Shown: piece by piece, positions 10,034 to 21,280 of the stretch
Numbering within the stretch: the first letter of the stretch is position 1
Layout: every line of letters begins with the position of its first letter
Notes under the pieces: generated by a model
Told to the model about the DNA's origin: nothing
Database searches by the model: none
Seen by the model: only the letters and a program-made list of their open reading frames with translations
Origin: Nitrospinaceae bacterium
Lineage (GTDB): Bacteria; Nitrospinota; Nitrospinia; Nitrospinales; Nitrospinaceae
Length of the DNA: 64,000 bases
Assembly (NCBI GenBank): GCA_965223665.1
Contig: OZ245011.1
Span: 2,944,001-3,008,000 of the forward strand
Direction: 5' to 3'
Made by a program: the position numbers and the translations under genes

Positions 10034-10966
10034 ATGCCTAATCCCACCAAGTCACAATATAAAGTTTTGATAGTGGATGATACGAAAACTAATGTAGAAG
10101 TCTTAGTAGGAATTTTAGAATTTGAAGGATTTCAAACATATACTTCGTTTAATGGAAAACATGCACTGGAAATTTTAGATGAAATTCAACCTGATATCAT
10201 CCTTTTGGATATCATGATGCCAGGAATGAATGGGTTGGAAGTTTGTAAAAAATTAAAAGAGAATCCTATTTGGAAATACATTCCAGTAATTTTTATTACC
10301 GCTCTTTGTTCTCCACAAGATATTTCTAAAGCTTATGAGGCCGGTGGTGTGGATTATATTACAAAGCCCATTTGTCGGGAAGAAGTGATACATCGAATTA
10401 AAACTCAATTAGAATATGTGAGTTTATTTGAAAAGCAGCGAGAATTAATTGAAAAACTGGATACTATTGCTAAAACTGATCAACTAACCGGGTTACCTAA
10501 CCGGCGGCAGATGATCGAAAATATTAAGTATGAAGTAATTCGGTTTCAAAGAGGGGGGAAACCGTTTTCCATTGCAATTGGTGATATTGATGATTTTAAG
10601 AAAATAAATGATACCTATGGACATGCAGGCGGAGATTTTGTGTTAATAAAGGTGGCCGAATTTTTAAGAAAGGGATGTCGTGATCAAGATCTTGTTTGTC
10701 GCTGGGGAGGGGAAGAATTCTTATTATTGCTCCCTGAAACCGATGCCGCCGGGGCCTTTACTTTAGCGGAGAAACAAAGGGAAACCATTGCTAATGTTGA
10801 TTTGGAATTTGAGGGTAAACATCTGAATGTCACAATCTGCTTTGGAATAAGTACATTTAATCAAAAAGATCAGACCTATGAAGAATGTATAAGATTAGCG
10901 GATGATAGTCTTTATGCCGCAAAAGAAGGACAAAAAAATAAAGTTGTTGTTCACCAGCCTGTTTAA
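10034..10966 (+). CDS. Response regulator / diguanylate cyclase (REC-GGDEF)
   Basis: REC domain (LLDIMMP); DQLTGLPNRR, DIDDFKKINDTYGH, RxxD I-site (RDQD) and RWGGEEF. Confidence 0.93.
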   Translation: MPNPTKSQYKVLIVDDTKTNVEVLVGILEFEGFQTYTSFNGKHALEILDEIQPDIILLDIMMPGMNGLEVCKKLKENPIWKYIPVIFITALCSPQDISKAYEAGGVDYITKPICREEVIHRIKTQLEYVSLFEKQRELIEKLDTIAKTDQLTGLPNRRQMIENIKYEVIRFQRGGKPFSIAIGDIDDFKKINDTYGHAGGDFVLIKVAEFLRKGCRDQDLVCRWGGEEFLLLLPETDAAGAFTLAEKQRETIANVDLEFEGKHLNVTICFGISTFNQKDQTYEECIRLADDSLYAAKEGQKNKVVVHQPV

Positions 10967-10978
10967 ATAAAGCCTACA

Positions 10979-12073
10979 TCAATCAATAAAGTTTTTAAAA
11001 CCCGCCCCTGATGAAATTAAATTTTGTTGAGGAAGTACGATTTCTTTTTGTTGGCTTTCTTCTACATACCCAATACCATGACAGGAAATTTCATAATTTT
11101 TACAAATTTCCTGAACCTTCTGAGCTTCATTGGCATGGCTAACAATTACCACAAAACCAACTCCCATATTAAATACCTCATACATCTCGGCATCACTGAC
11201 TGCACTATTTTGTTGAATCTTTTGAAATACCGGTGGAACATCAAGTGGAGAATCGACAACGAAACGGATAGATTCACTTTTCACACGTAGTAAATTTTCC
11301 AATCCCCCACCGGTAATGTGGACCATGGCTTTTAAATTTATATTTTCATTTAACATTTCAAGGATAGGTTGAACATAAATGCGAGTTGGCTCTAACAATT
11401 CTGCGCCCAAGGTTCTATTAAATGTGGGTTCAAATTGATTGATATTAGATTTTTGTTCTTCCAGTGAGGTTCCCAAAAGAGACTGTCGAGCCAAAGTAAG
11501 TCCATTAGAATGAATTCCGCTGGATGCTAAACCTAGAATAAGATCCCCAGTTTGGATGTTTTGACCCGTATTAATTTTTTCTAATTCTATGTGACCTATA
11601 GCAGCAGCTGTTAAATCAATTCCCTGTATGATTTCTCGAATTTGAGAAATTTCTCCTCCGGAAATACTAATATTTGCCTGCCGAGCGCCTTCGGCCAACC
11701 CTTGCCCCAGTTCTTCGAATACCTTAGGATCAGTGTGTGAACACGCAATATAATCCACCATACTCACAGGTTGAGCACCAAGACAAATTAAATCATTTAC
11801 ATTCATTGCCACACAATCGATTCCAATTGTGTCATATTGATTCATCATTTCTGCCACTATCATTTTTGTTCCCACTCCATCGGTACAAAATGCAACTCCT
11901 CGGCCGTTTCCAAATTCAATGACGTTTGCAAAATAACCAATGTCTGCTTTCACTGGAAATTGTTTATTAAATTGATGAGTGGGTAAAATATTTTTTAACA
12001 AACCAGAGAGTGCCTTTTCAGCACCTGTTCCGCTTACACCACTTTCTTCATATTGTGAAGATGATTTTGACAT
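10979..12073 (-). CDS. purM: Phosphoribosylformylglycinamidine cyclo-ligase (AIR synthase)
   Basis: TDGVGTK, DCVAMNVND, SSGIHSNG, HITGGG and FNMGVG motifs. Confidence 0.95.
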   Translation of the reverse strand: MSKSSSQYEESGVSGTGAEKALSGLLKNILPTHQFNKQFPVKADIGYFANVIEFGNGRGVAFCTDGVGTKMIVAEMMNQYDTIGIDCVAMNVNDLICLGAQPVSMVDYIACSHTDPKVFEELGQGLAEGARQANISISGGEISQIREIIQGIDLTAAAIGHIELEKINTGQNIQTGDLILGLASSGIHSNGLTLARQSLLGTSLEEQKSNINQFEPTFNRTLGAELLEPTRIYVQPILEMLNENINLKAMVHITGGGLENLLRVKSESIRFVVDSPLDVPPVFQKIQQNSAVSDAEMYEVFNMGVGFVVIVSHANEAQKVQEICKNYEISCHGIGYVEESQQKEIVLPQQNLISSGAGFKNFID

Positions 12074-12130
12074 GAATTTCTCTATAGGTTTTATGGAAAT
12101 TAAAAGCCGAATTAAAAATATACTATAGCA

Positions 12131-13654
12131 TTACTTGGCTAACGGTTGAATGTTTTTAGGACTATAAATTATTCCAAAAAAGCAGATTAATAAATTGACC
12201 CCTAAACTCAGTACCCCGGAATGAAATCCCCAAACCTTGTTATAGTTTTTTTCCATTATCCCTAAATCACCGGAAAAACTAAGTAGTAGAGTAATTAAAG
12301 TTCCAACTATTAAGCCAAGGAATATAGTTTTTGAAGAAAGCCTGGGAAAATGAACCCCCAGGTAAAATGCGGGAACGCATTGTAATAAAATATCAAATTT
12401 AATTTTTAAAAGTTGAATCAGAGTTCCCTCATAATTAATGGCTATCAAAACAATGGGGGCCATTAAAATCCAGGTCACAAATTTGCCTATTTTTGTAAGA
12501 TGTTTTTGATCTGCGTCCGGACGAAAATATTCCCCGTAAATGTCTTTGGTGATCATAGAGCTTATACTTAACATTGCAGAATCTGCAGTGGACATGACGG
12601 CTGCTAATATGGCAGAAAATATAATAACCACTAACCAATAACCTAATTCGGAAGATTTCATTACCTTTAAACACATGAGGGCTAAAACTGTTTCTGAAGG
12701 GACTACAGCAGATTTTCCTAAAGCAAGTGTACTCCCTAAGTCTGGCTCTTCGGCTGCCATTAAAATACCTACGGCCACTGCCACCAGTGTTGTGGTAAGA
12801 GGTAAAAACCCCATTATTGCTAGTGATTTCTTTAATGCCATACTATTTTTGGACGCATAAATCCGTTGAATCGCTTGAGGATAAAGCGTTGCACCTAGAC
12901 CCACCATTAAAATAAAACTGAACCATGTTCTTAGCCCATCTCCCTCGGGAACTAGAATTTTATGTTTTGTATTGGGATCGGAAGCTAGTTTCTCAATGGC
13001 GCTGGGTAAATCTCCCAATTCTATAAAGGCCACTATAATAAGCAGAATAAATCCGATCATTAAAATTCCACCTTGCAAAACGTCTGTCCAAGCGACACTG
13101 CGCATTCCCCCCAGGGATTCATATATAAGCATAATTAAAGCTAGACCAACCACCCCAACCCATAAAGGAATTCGCCCATGTGACAAACCGGAAAATACTG
13201 TGCCCAAGGCCTTCATTTGACTCAATGTAAAATTACAAAGAACATAAATCATGATCACTGTAATCACTAATCGAAGACCTTTGCTTTGAAAACGATAGTA
13301 AATAAAATCACCGGGAGTGATGAATTTTTGTTCCCGACTTAAACGAAACAATCTCGGTGCCAGAATCAAATATCCCACCACAATGGCAGTCATGAATTGT
13401 GTACAAACTAAAAATCCTAAACCATTCCGATAAGCGGCTCCACTAAACCCAAACAAAGTATTTCCACTGTACTGAGTGGCATAAAGCGTTAGTAAAAGAA
13501 CACCGACTCCAAACTCGCGACCCCCAAGAAAAAAATCAGTTAAACTGGTTTCCTTTCTTTTATAGTATGCGTAACCACCTACGCCTAATAGGGAAAAGAT
13601 ATATATACACATCACGAATAAAGCACCCGGACCAAAGGGGAGATCAGTTGGCAT
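12131..13654 (-). CDS. Sodium:solute symporter family transporter (PanF/PutP-like)
   Basis: Multiple TM helices; DFFLGGR, ATQYSGNT, GGMRSVAWTD and AAVMSTADS. Start placed at MPTDLP (13654), overlapping the upstream small gene. Confidence 0.9.
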   Translation of the reverse strand: MPTDLPFGPGALFVMCIYIFSLLGVGGYAYYKRKETSLTDFFLGGREFGVGVLLLTLYATQYSGNTLFGFSGAAYRNGLGFLVCTQFMTAIVVGYLILAPRLFRLSREQKFITPGDFIYYRFQSKGLRLVITVIMIYVLCNFTLSQMKALGTVFSGLSHGRIPLWVGVVGLALIMLIYESLGGMRSVAWTDVLQGGILMIGFILLIIVAFIELGDLPSAIEKLASDPNTKHKILVPEGDGLRTWFSFILMVGLGATLYPQAIQRIYASKNSMALKKSLAIMGFLPLTTTLVAVAVGILMAAEEPDLGSTLALGKSAVVPSETVLALMCLKVMKSSELGYWLVVIIFSAILAAVMSTADSAMLSISSMITKDIYGEYFRPDADQKHLTKIGKFVTWILMAPIVLIAINYEGTLIQLLKIKFDILLQCVPAFYLGVHFPRLSSKTIFLGLIVGTLITLLLSFSGDLGIMEKNYNKVWGFHSGVLSLGVNLLICFFGIIYSPKNIQPLAK

Positions 13655-13931
13655 CGTTGACATCCGAGGAAATGGTGGAGTCCTCCGGATCTTTCCAAAC
13701 TCGGAGAAACACATAGGCAATAAATATACTGACAATAAAACTGATACAGACTGCAAAAACAGCCCAGGTGGGAATTCCAATGATCAATCCGGAAAATGGC
13801 CAAACAGGTAACATAAAGAAAAAAAGAAAAATAAGCCCTAACCCCACCCACACCTTGCGGATAGGATCTACAAAGTTAGGAGAATCAGAATCTATATTTT
13901 GATTGGATTCATTAGAAGGAGAGTTTTTCAT
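13644..13931 (-). CDS. Small two-TM membrane protein (DUF997/DUF3311-like symporter accessory)
   Basis: PVWP...IIGIPTWAV pattern; overlaps the start of the SSF symporter, the usual arrangement for these accessory subunits. Confidence 0.7.
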   Translation of the reverse strand: MKNSPSNESNQNIDSDSPNFVDPIRKVWVGLGLIFLFFFMLPVWPFSGLIIGIPTWAVFAVCISFIVSIFIAYVFLRVWKDPEDSTISSDVNDAN

Positions 13932-14321
13932 AATAGAAAAAAATATAACTACTTTACGTATGCAAAAAGTTGAAATAGAGTTTACCAATTTGCATCCTGT
14001 AGGTCAGCTTTTAAAATTTACTTTGGGTATTAAATATATTTGTGAGAAATGATGAAAAGTTTTTTTTGCAAGTTTTTGATGGGACGAAGTACTGGTGCAA
14101 AAATTGAGTTGCGAATTTGGTCAATAAATGTGATCAAATTGTTGACAAGTTTGGAATTCCTGGTTTTTTTGATGTGGAAAAAAATTTCCAGAATTCAAAC
14201 TTTATAATTGGTTTGATGAACCGGAAACCTTGGATTTGATGGTACGTATTTTCAAGAATTCCTTTAGAACACCAATCTGGTATGTGTTACTAGTGAAGAA
14301 TGGTTCCGATAAATTGATGAA

Positions 14322-15746
14322 TTAAGGATAAACTCCTAATTCTTGATAGCTGGTGGCTACTTTATCAATGGCCAGAGCCATAGCTGCAATTCGGTACGAA
14401 TCGATTTTATCATTAGCCCAATAAAGCTCGCGCATATGTTGAAACGCCTCGCGCATGGAATCATCCAACCCCGACCGCACCAAATCAATTTCACTGGAAC
14501 CTTTCAATAATTTATTCGAGAGATCGTTACTAATATTGTTTCCATTTTTTTCTAAAGCATCAATCAACAATTGATTTTGCCCTTCTTCATAACGACGTGT
14601 CATTCGACCGAAACGAATGTGGGATAAATTTTTAATCCACTCAAAATATGAAACAATAACACCCCCGGCATTTAAATAAATATCGGGAATCATCACAATA
14701 CCTTTTTGTTTAAGAATCGCTTCTGCATCAAAGGTTACCGGACCGTTAGCAGCTTCAGCAATTAATTTTGCTTTCACTCGGGCTGCATTTTCTTGATGGA
14801 TCACTCCTTCCATTGCGGCAGGGATAAATATATCGCACTCTTCTTCTAATAATTTTTTGCCATCTTCAATGTATTGAGCGTCTGGGTATCCTTTTATCCC
14901 GCCATGCTCAGCTTTATATTCCATGATCTTTGGAATATTCAATCCATTAGGATTGTATAAAGCTCCATCGAATTCAATGATGCCGACGATTTTTGCCTTA
15001 TCCTCTTCGAACAAAATTTTGGCAGCATGCGATCCTACATTACCCAGTCCTTGTACGATCACTGATTTCCCTTCCAAGGTTCCGGTTAGATTGGATTTTT
15101 TAACGTCTTCAGGGTGCCGAAAAAATTCCCGAAGTCCAAAAACGACTCCTCTTCCTGTTGCCTCGGTACGTCCTCGAATTCCACCCTGGCTCACAGGTTT
15201 TCCTGTAACACAACCCAGGTGGTCAATATCTTGAGGACGATGGGCTGTATAGGTGCTTGCAATCCATGCCATTTCCCTTGCACCTGTTCCCATATCAGGA
15301 GCCGGAACATTGGTAGCAGGATTTATATAATCTTTTTTAATCAACTCGAAGGCAAAGCGTCGTGTAATCCTTTCCATGGTTTCTTCATCATATTGTTTTG
15401 GATCAATAACTAAACCACCTTTGGAACCTCCAAAAGGAACATTCACTAAGGCACATTTATAAGTCATTAAAGACGCTAAAGCTTCTACTTCGTCTTGATT
15501 CACCATGGGTGAAAAACGAATTCCCCCTTTGACCGGTAATCTGTGGTCGCTATGTGCGGCTCGCCAACCAATAAAACTTTCTACCTTTCCTTTTATTTTG
15601 ACTGGAAATCGAACCTGGTACACATTATTCACTCCCTTAATGTAATATGCTAAGCCTTGAGGAATGTCTAAGGATGCTGCAGCTATATCAAAAGTTAAAT
15701 TGACGTTGTCACGAAACGTTTTTTCATGAGGAATGGTAGTTTGCAT
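14322..15746 (-). CDS. gdhA: Glutamate dehydrogenase (Glu/Leu/Phe/Val dehydrogenase family)
   Basis: KGGIRF, MTYKCA, PFGGSKGG, VPAPDMGT, TGRG, QGLGNVG, EAANGP and NAGGVIVSYFEW. Confidence 0.93.
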   Translation of the reverse strand: MQTTIPHEKTFRDNVNLTFDIAAASLDIPQGLAYYIKGVNNVYQVRFPVKIKGKVESFIGWRAAHSDHRLPVKGGIRFSPMVNQDEVEALASLMTYKCALVNVPFGGSKGGLVIDPKQYDEETMERITRRFAFELIKKDYINPATNVPAPDMGTGAREMAWIASTYTAHRPQDIDHLGCVTGKPVSQGGIRGRTEATGRGVVFGLREFFRHPEDVKKSNLTGTLEGKSVIVQGLGNVGSHAAKILFEEDKAKIVGIIEFDGALYNPNGLNIPKIMEYKAEHGGIKGYPDAQYIEDGKKLLEEECDIFIPAAMEGVIHQENAARVKAKLIAEAANGPVTFDAEAILKQKGIVMIPDIYLNAGGVIVSYFEWIKNLSHIRFGRMTRRYEEGQNQLLIDALEKNGNNISNDLSNKLLKGSSEIDLVRSGLDDSMREAFQHMRELYWANDKIDSYRIAAMALAIDKVATSYQELGVYP

Positions 15747-16029
15747 TTATAACTCCAAAAGGGTCAAATTTCACCCAGGTTAGAAATTTTGTCTATAATA
15801 TTGATTTTAAAGGAAGATATCCCAATTGGGAACATTTTGTTTAGGTTGATTTTTTATTTTTACAATTCATATAAGAAGTGGATTTGCACTAGACCACAAT
15901 GTGTGTGGAAGTGAGGATATAATTGGTCCGACCTTAGAGGGTATGTGATTTAGAATAATTTCTTTATAATTGGTTTAAATACATTAAAATTCCCTTACTT
16001 AAAAAATATTTTTAAAAAGAAGGAAATTA

Positions 16030-16449
16030 ATGAAACAAGCAACACATCAATTATCTTTTAAAACCACTGGACGGGGATTGGTTAATATCAATAACGAGAT
16101 AATTCAATGGGTAAACCAACAATCATTCAAAAATGGCTTGTTAACAATATTTATTCGTCATACTTCGGCTTCTTTAGTTATTCAAGAAAATGCAGACCCA
16201 GATGTTTTATTTGATTTAAGCTCCTTTTTGGACCGACTGGTCCCAGATGGAGACTCTTCATTTTTACATTCCGCAGAAGGACCGGATGACATGCCTGCAC
16301 ATATACGATCCGCTTTAACTCAAACACAACTATCTATTCCTCTTATAGATGGTCGGCTGGCATTGGGTACCTGGCAAGACGTTTATTTGTTTGAACACCG
16401 TACTCACCCGCATCATAGAACTATTGCCCTTCATTTGCTTGGAGAGTGA
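16030..16449 (+). CDS. yjbQ: UPF0047 / YjbQ family protein
   Basis: HTSASLVIQENADPDV, EGPDDMPAHI and LGTWQ motifs. Confidence 0.9.
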   Translation: MKQATHQLSFKTTGRGLVNINNEIIQWVNQQSFKNGLLTIFIRHTSASLVIQENADPDVLFDLSSFLDRLVPDGDSSFLHSAEGPDDMPAHIRSALTQTQLSIPLIDGRLALGTWQDVYLFEHRTHPHHRTIALHLLGE

Positions 16450-16577
16450 ATTTAAATAATTCTCCTTTCTCATCTTTTCTTAAAATATAGAAGCTTGCTG
16501 GGTAGACTTTACAATTGGCAAGGAGCCTTTTAGACTAATTTGTAACGACTAATCCTAAAAATTTAAGTATTGAATCA

Positions 16578-17501
16578 ATGACCGAAGTCGCAGAAGAAGA
16601 AACTCAAGAAGTTTCCGAAGAAGTTCAGGAAGTTTCCAATGAAGTAAAAGAAGAAACCGAACCAGTTTCGAAAAAACCTTCAAAAAAATTGCTCATTATT
16701 GGAATTGTGGTTTTAGTTTTAATTTTGGGTACCTCTGTTTTCTTTTTATTTTCTTCTTCGGAAGATTCTACAGATTCTAACGAGGCCAATTCAGTTCAAG
16801 AAGACGAATATGTGACTCAAACAAAAGAATTCATTGCAGCGAAAGATTTAGAAAATGCTTTAAACGTTATCAAAACTCAACGCAAAGCTTCTCCCAAGAA
16901 CGTTGATTATGTTTATTGGGAGGGTTATGTAAATTATTTGTTTGATAGAAGGAAAGAAGCGTTTAGGCTGGCTCAAAATGCTGTGGAATTGGATGAAAAG
17001 AGGGGAGACGCACAGGCCCTGCTTGGCGCAAGTTTTCTTCTCTATGCAGATTATGAAAATGCATTGAAACATTCTCGCAAGGCGCTCCAACTTGATCCCA
17101 ACATTGCAATGGGCTATTTGACCATGGGCGATATTTATTTAAAGCGCGGGTATTCTAAAAAAGGGTTAACCATCTTAAAAGCTGCAGGGCGGTTAGATCC
17201 TAAAAATCCTAAAATTTGGGTTTTGCTCGGTTCGGCTTTTTTAAAATTGGGTAACCTGGAAAACGCGTTGGAAGCGGCAAAAACTGCCGTGAAATTAGAT
17301 CCTAAGTCTGCAGGAGCTCATTTTAATTTGGGAATGGTTTATTTAAAAAAAGAAGACGCTTCGCGCGCCCTGTACCATGTTCAAACTGCTGAAATCCTTT
17401 TTACAGAAGCTGAAAATACCGCTTGGGTTGCCAAAGCTCGCCATAATAAAGATTTTATTTTAAAAAAATATAAATTGCGGGCTGAAGATATTTTTCAGTA
17501 A
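16578..17501 (+). CDS. Membrane-anchored TPR protein
   Basis: Acidic N-terminus, one TM helix and several TPR repeats (ALQLDP, AVKLDP, AHFNLG). Confidence 0.85.
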   Translation: MTEVAEEETQEVSEEVQEVSNEVKEETEPVSKKPSKKLLIIGIVVLVLILGTSVFFLFSSSEDSTDSNEANSVQEDEYVTQTKEFIAAKDLENALNVIKTQRKASPKNVDYVYWEGYVNYLFDRRKEAFRLAQNAVELDEKRGDAQALLGASFLLYADYENALKHSRKALQLDPNIAMGYLTMGDIYLKRGYSKKGLTILKAAGRLDPKNPKIWVLLGSAFLKLGNLENALEAAKTAVKLDPKSAGAHFNLGMVYLKKEDASRALYHVQTAEILFTEAENTAWVAKARHNKDFILKKYKLRAEDIFQ

Positions 17502-17561
17502 CCTCTTTCCAGGTAACTGGGTTAAAATTCTATTTTTACGAATACTAATGGAATCCACCCA

Positions 17562-17900
17562 GTGACTGAAAATAACCAACCGAATAAATTTCAGGTAAAA
17601 CCTCCACCCACCGACCCGGCTGAAATTCATTTTAAAAATGCCTGGCAACATCGTAAAAATAAACAATTTGCTGAAGCAGTAGAGGAATTTTTAAAATCGT
17701 TGCAATACCAACCGGATAAAGCCGCCACCCATTTTAATTTAGGAATTGTCTATGATGAACTGGGAAAGGGGGTTGAAGCGGTTCAACATGCTACAAAGGC
17801 CGAAGTTTTATTTTTTAAGGAAGGTAAAGAATCAAATATTAAAACGGCCACTAAATTCTTAAAAAAACTAAAAAGAAAATATTCAAATACTAGCGATTAA
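17562..17900 (+). CDS. Small TPR protein
   Basis: AEIHFKNA...THFNLGIVY TPR motifs. Confidence 0.75.
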   Translation: MTENNQPNKFQVKPPPTDPAEIHFKNAWQHRKNKQFAEAVEEFLKSLQYQPDKAATHFNLGIVYDELGKGVEAVQHATKAEVLFFKEGKESNIKTATKFLKKLKRKYSNTSD

Positions 17901-19304
17901 CTATTTAGTTTTAGAGCGCCACTCTTTTAAAGAACGCGTGATTTGAGCCAGGACTTGTTTTTTAGCCGTACCCCCATAGACGTTTTTTCTTTGAACAGAA
18001 TTTTCCAAGGAAATGTAATTAAAAATATCTTTATCAAACTTATTGGAAATGGTTTGTAGTTCTTTTAACGTCAAATCTTCTAATGTACGTTTTTGGTTAA
18101 TGCAATAAGCGACAGTTTTTCCCGTAATTTCGTGGGCGTTGCGAAAGGGAATATTTTTTAGAACCAAATAGTCTGCCAAATCCGTTGCCGTTAAAAACCC
18201 GCTATTAATTAAATCTGCTTTGGGAATTTTTTTGAATACTGCGGTACTTAACATTCCAGCGAACACTTCCAAAGATATTTTAACTGTATCGACCATATCG
18301 AATAAGGGTTCCTTGTCTTCCTGCAAATCTTTGTTGTAGGCCAGAGGTTGTCCTTTCATCAAGGTCAAAAGTCCCATTAAATGTCCATAGACACGACCGG
18401 TTTTACCTCGGATCAGTTCGGCGGCATCGGGATTTTTCTTTTGCGGCATAATACTGGAACCTGTTGTGAAAGCATCCGACAATTCTAGAAATGCGAACTC
18501 GCTGGTACACCACAGGACAATTTCCTCACAAAATCGGCTTAAATGCATCATAAGTAAGGAAGCGGCAGAACCAAACTCTACAATAAAATCCCGGTCACTG
18601 ACGGAATCCAAACTGTTGTGCGTCACTTTAGGGAATTTTAGCAATTTTGCGGTGTGCTTTCGGTCGATGGGGAAATTAGTTCCCGCTAAAGCCGCAGCTC
18701 CTAAAGGCAAAACATTGACCCGGTTCAAAACATCATTCAAGCGGTCACGATCACGCGCCAGCATTTCAACATAAGCCATTAAATGATGAGCCAGCAAGAT
18801 GGGCTGCGCCCGTTGTAAATGGGTATAACCGGGAATGATGTGATTGATATTTTTTTTCGCCAGTTGTATTAGTATGTTTGCCAACTCTTTGAGTAATTTT
18901 TGAATTTCTTTGATTTGATCTCGAAGGTACAACCGGATATCCAGTGCAACCTGGTCGTTACGACTTCTTCCGGTATGCAATTTACCGCCAACGGGTCCAA
19001 CTAATTGGATCAATCGGTTTTCGATATTCATATGAATATCTTCTAAATCTTCTCGAATTTGAAAACTTCCTTCTTCGAATTCTTTTAAGATTTTCTTTAA
19101 ACCTTGGGAAATCTTTTTTGCTTCCGCCGGTTTTATAATTTTACATTTTGCCAATGTTTGACAATGGGCCAGGCTCCCCTGAATATCATAGGCATACAAC
19201 CGACGATCAAAGAATATAGAAGCAGAAAACCGGATCATTAAATCATCAGTACTTTCCTGGAACCGACCGCTCCAGGGTTTTTTAGTTTTTGTTTTTTTTG
19301 CCAT
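17901..19304 (-). CDS. argH: Argininosuccinate lyase
   Basis: [36 protein letters not shown] and YNKDLQEDK. Confidence 0.97.
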   Translation of the reverse strand: MAKKTKTKKPWSGRFQESTDDLMIRFSASIFFDRRLYAYDIQGSLAHCQTLAKCKIIKPAEAKKISQGLKKILKEFEEGSFQIREDLEDIHMNIENRLIQLVGPVGGKLHTGRSRNDQVALDIRLYLRDQIKEIQKLLKELANILIQLAKKNINHIIPGYTHLQRAQPILLAHHLMAYVEMLARDRDRLNDVLNRVNVLPLGAAALAGTNFPIDRKHTAKLLKFPKVTHNSLDSVSDRDFIVEFGSAASLLMMHLSRFCEEIVLWCTSEFAFLELSDAFTTGSSIMPQKKNPDAAELIRGKTGRVYGHLMGLLTLMKGQPLAYNKDLQEDKEPLFDMVDTVKISLEVFAGMLSTAVFKKIPKADLINSGFLTATDLADYLVLKNIPFRNAHEITGKTVAYCINQKRTLEDLTLKELQTISNKFDKDIFNYISLENSVQRKNVYGGTAKKQVLAQITRSLKEWRSKTK

Positions 19305-19405
19305 GAATCAAAAGAAGTTAAATAATTAATTAGAGTGGATTGTACTTCGGGTTGGATACAAACAACAACCAGAAATTATCAAAAGGTCTTTATTTAATGA
19401 TAATT

Positions 19406-20530
19406 TTAGGAGCTTTTCCGCCATTTGTCTTTAGGAACAATATTAACATGAACTTTTTCAGGAAGAACATGTGCTAAAAAATCAAGGTACCAGGCTTGAA
19501 TATTGGGGCAACCCGCACTGCCATTACGCCAATCAAAGTTTTTTTTCACAAATTCATTTGATTTGGAAACATTGACCCCATGGATTCCATAGCTTCCTCT
19601 TATAGGAGCCCCTAATTTTTTCAATCCTAACCACCAGTAACCTATTTCATGATCCGGATCGCCAAATGGGATGACACGTACTTTAACTCGACCCTCCACC
19701 CTTTCTTTTTTATACCAGGTAGGTTTATAAATTTTATTTTTTATTTCATATTCTCCAATAGGGGTTTCTTCCCCTTTGCGCCCAAATATAGTTTCAATTT
19801 CCATTAAATGTTCATTATTGTAGTAAATGTTAAGCATTCCCGTTTCCAGAATACCTACCAAATACCAAAGGTCGGGATTTTGGGAATACTCTCCAATTTT
19901 TCTTCCGTCGTAAATCAGCTGTATGGTAGATTCCGTATTATAATAACTGGTACGGGGGTCATTATAAATTTGTTTCACAATGTATTTTAAGTTTTTAGTT
20001 AATTCATTATTTTTTATAAGACGATCCACCATTTGCACTAATTCTTTATATTCCTTTTTCGTTTTCTTTAAACTTTTCTGAGTTTTTGCTAAGTGCTGTT
20101 GAATGGAATCGACTTTTTCCTGGGAAACCCAACCTAATTCCCTTAAACCCTCGTAATAAACCAGATCTATTTCAGTGCGCATTCCTTCCGTAATAAAAAA
20201 TTTGTAAGTAACAAAACCCCCAAAAATTAAAGTTCCGAGAACTAATGCAGAAGCCTTCAGGGTATTTTTCATTTTGTTAGAAATTTTATACCGGGCCACT
20301 TCAAGCTTTACTTTTTTTCCTTTTTCTTCCAGGGCCGAAAACTTGGCGTAACGAAATTTTTTGAAAAGTTTAGTTTCTAATCTGGAAAGAAAGGTATGGG
20401 ATTGTTCCAATTTGTTGATCACTGCATATAAATTCTCACGGGTTCGGCGGTCGTAACTTCCCTGAGGATCTTTGTTGGCAATTAGATTATATTCAGTGAC
20501 ACTGAGGACTTTAAGTTTTTTGGCATCCAT
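19406..20530 (-). CDS. Membrane-anchored L,D-transpeptidase (YkuD domain) with an unrecognised cytoplasmic N-terminal domain and a coiled coil
   Basis: C-terminal ETPIGEY...PTW...YGIHG...GSAGCPN catalytic His/Cys motif; TM at ~aa 94-113; coiled-coil stretch at ~aa 135-180. Confidence 0.85.
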   Translation of the reverse strand: MDAKKLKVLSVTEYNLIANKDPQGSYDRRTRENLYAVINKLEQSHTFLSRLETKLFKKFRYAKFSALEEKGKKVKLEVARYKISNKMKNTLKASALVLGTLIFGGFVTYKFFITEGMRTEIDLVYYEGLRELGWVSQEKVDSIQQHLAKTQKSLKKTKKEYKELVQMVDRLIKNNELTKNLKYIVKQIYNDPRTSYYNTESTIQLIYDGRKIGEYSQNPDLWYLVGILETGMLNIYYNNEHLMEIETIFGRKGEETPIGEYEIKNKIYKPTWYKKERVEGRVKVRVIPFGDPDHEIGYWWLGLKKLGAPIRGSYGIHGVNVSKSNEFVKKNFDWRNGSAGCPNIQAWYLDFLAHVLPEKVHVNIVPKDKWRKSS

Positions 20531-20708
20531 GTAAACTTACTAACACCTATTTTGCGTGGAGACCTTCGTTAAATAATTTAATGGGATAGCTTTTTTTAAA
20601 AAGACAAATCAACTTTAAAGAAATAAATTGAATTTATTTCTAAATTATTCCCTGAGAATAAGAGCTAAAATATTAGTGGAATATTTGTATAGTTTAGCGC
20701 AATTAAAT

Positions 20709-21272
20709 TTAGCCTACACTAAATAATTGGCTGACCAGGCTCTTCCTGGGTTTGGGAACTTCCGGGATAAATTTGGGACGAAATTTACATTGCCCCTGGA
20801 ACAAGGCTCCCGGTTCGATTTTTATGGAAGGGGCTTTTAAATCACCCATTAACATTCCCGTAGGATATACTTTTACTTTATGACTTGCCTCAACATCGCC
20901 AACAATTTTTCCTTTGCAATAAAGGGACTTTGCATAGACATTGCCTCTTAAATTTCCGGGTTCGGTCAAAATAAATATTCCATTTACGGTAATATCTCCT
21001 TCATGTCGACCTTCCAGGCAAACATTGCAATTGAATTTTAAGGATCCCTCGCTTTGATGCTCTATAGGCAGCAATAAACCAAAATCTGCATTTTGGAACT
21101 TTTTATAAAGGCGGTTTTCTTTCCAACAAGTACCTTTTTTATAAGTCTCTAATTTTCTGATAATTCTAAATAATTTTTCACGAACACTTCTTTCGAAAAA
21201 TCCTTGAGGATCTTTATCAATCAAAAATTCATATTCTGAATGGGTGAGAACATTTAATTTTATTTTTTTCAT
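20709..21272 (-). CDS. Bactofilin (polymer-forming cytoskeletal protein) with N-terminal extension
   Basis: Beta-helix repeats EGSLKF...LEGRHEGDI...GKIVGDV...GDLKAPSIKIEPGALFQGQC; the N-terminal ~65 aa are homologous to those of the downstream transpeptidase. Confidence 0.88.
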   Translation of the reverse strand: MKKIKLNVLTHSEYEFLIDKDPQGFFERSVREKLFRIIRKLETYKKGTCWKENRLYKKFQNADFGLLLPIEHQSEGSLKFNCNVCLEGRHEGDITVNGIFILTEPGNLRGNVYAKSLYCKGKIVGDVEASHKVKVYPTGMLMGDLKAPSIKIEPGALFQGQCKFRPKFIPEVPKPRKSLVSQLFSVG

Positions 21273-21280
21273 AGGGGCTC

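Noticed and set aside
12131-13780. Longer ORF-track starts for the symporter (also for parA, bactofilin 23882, regulator 30011, DUF484 42257 and nxrB 62176)
   Set aside because: The extensions overlap upstream genes or lack an RBS; downstream ATGs match the family N-termini better.
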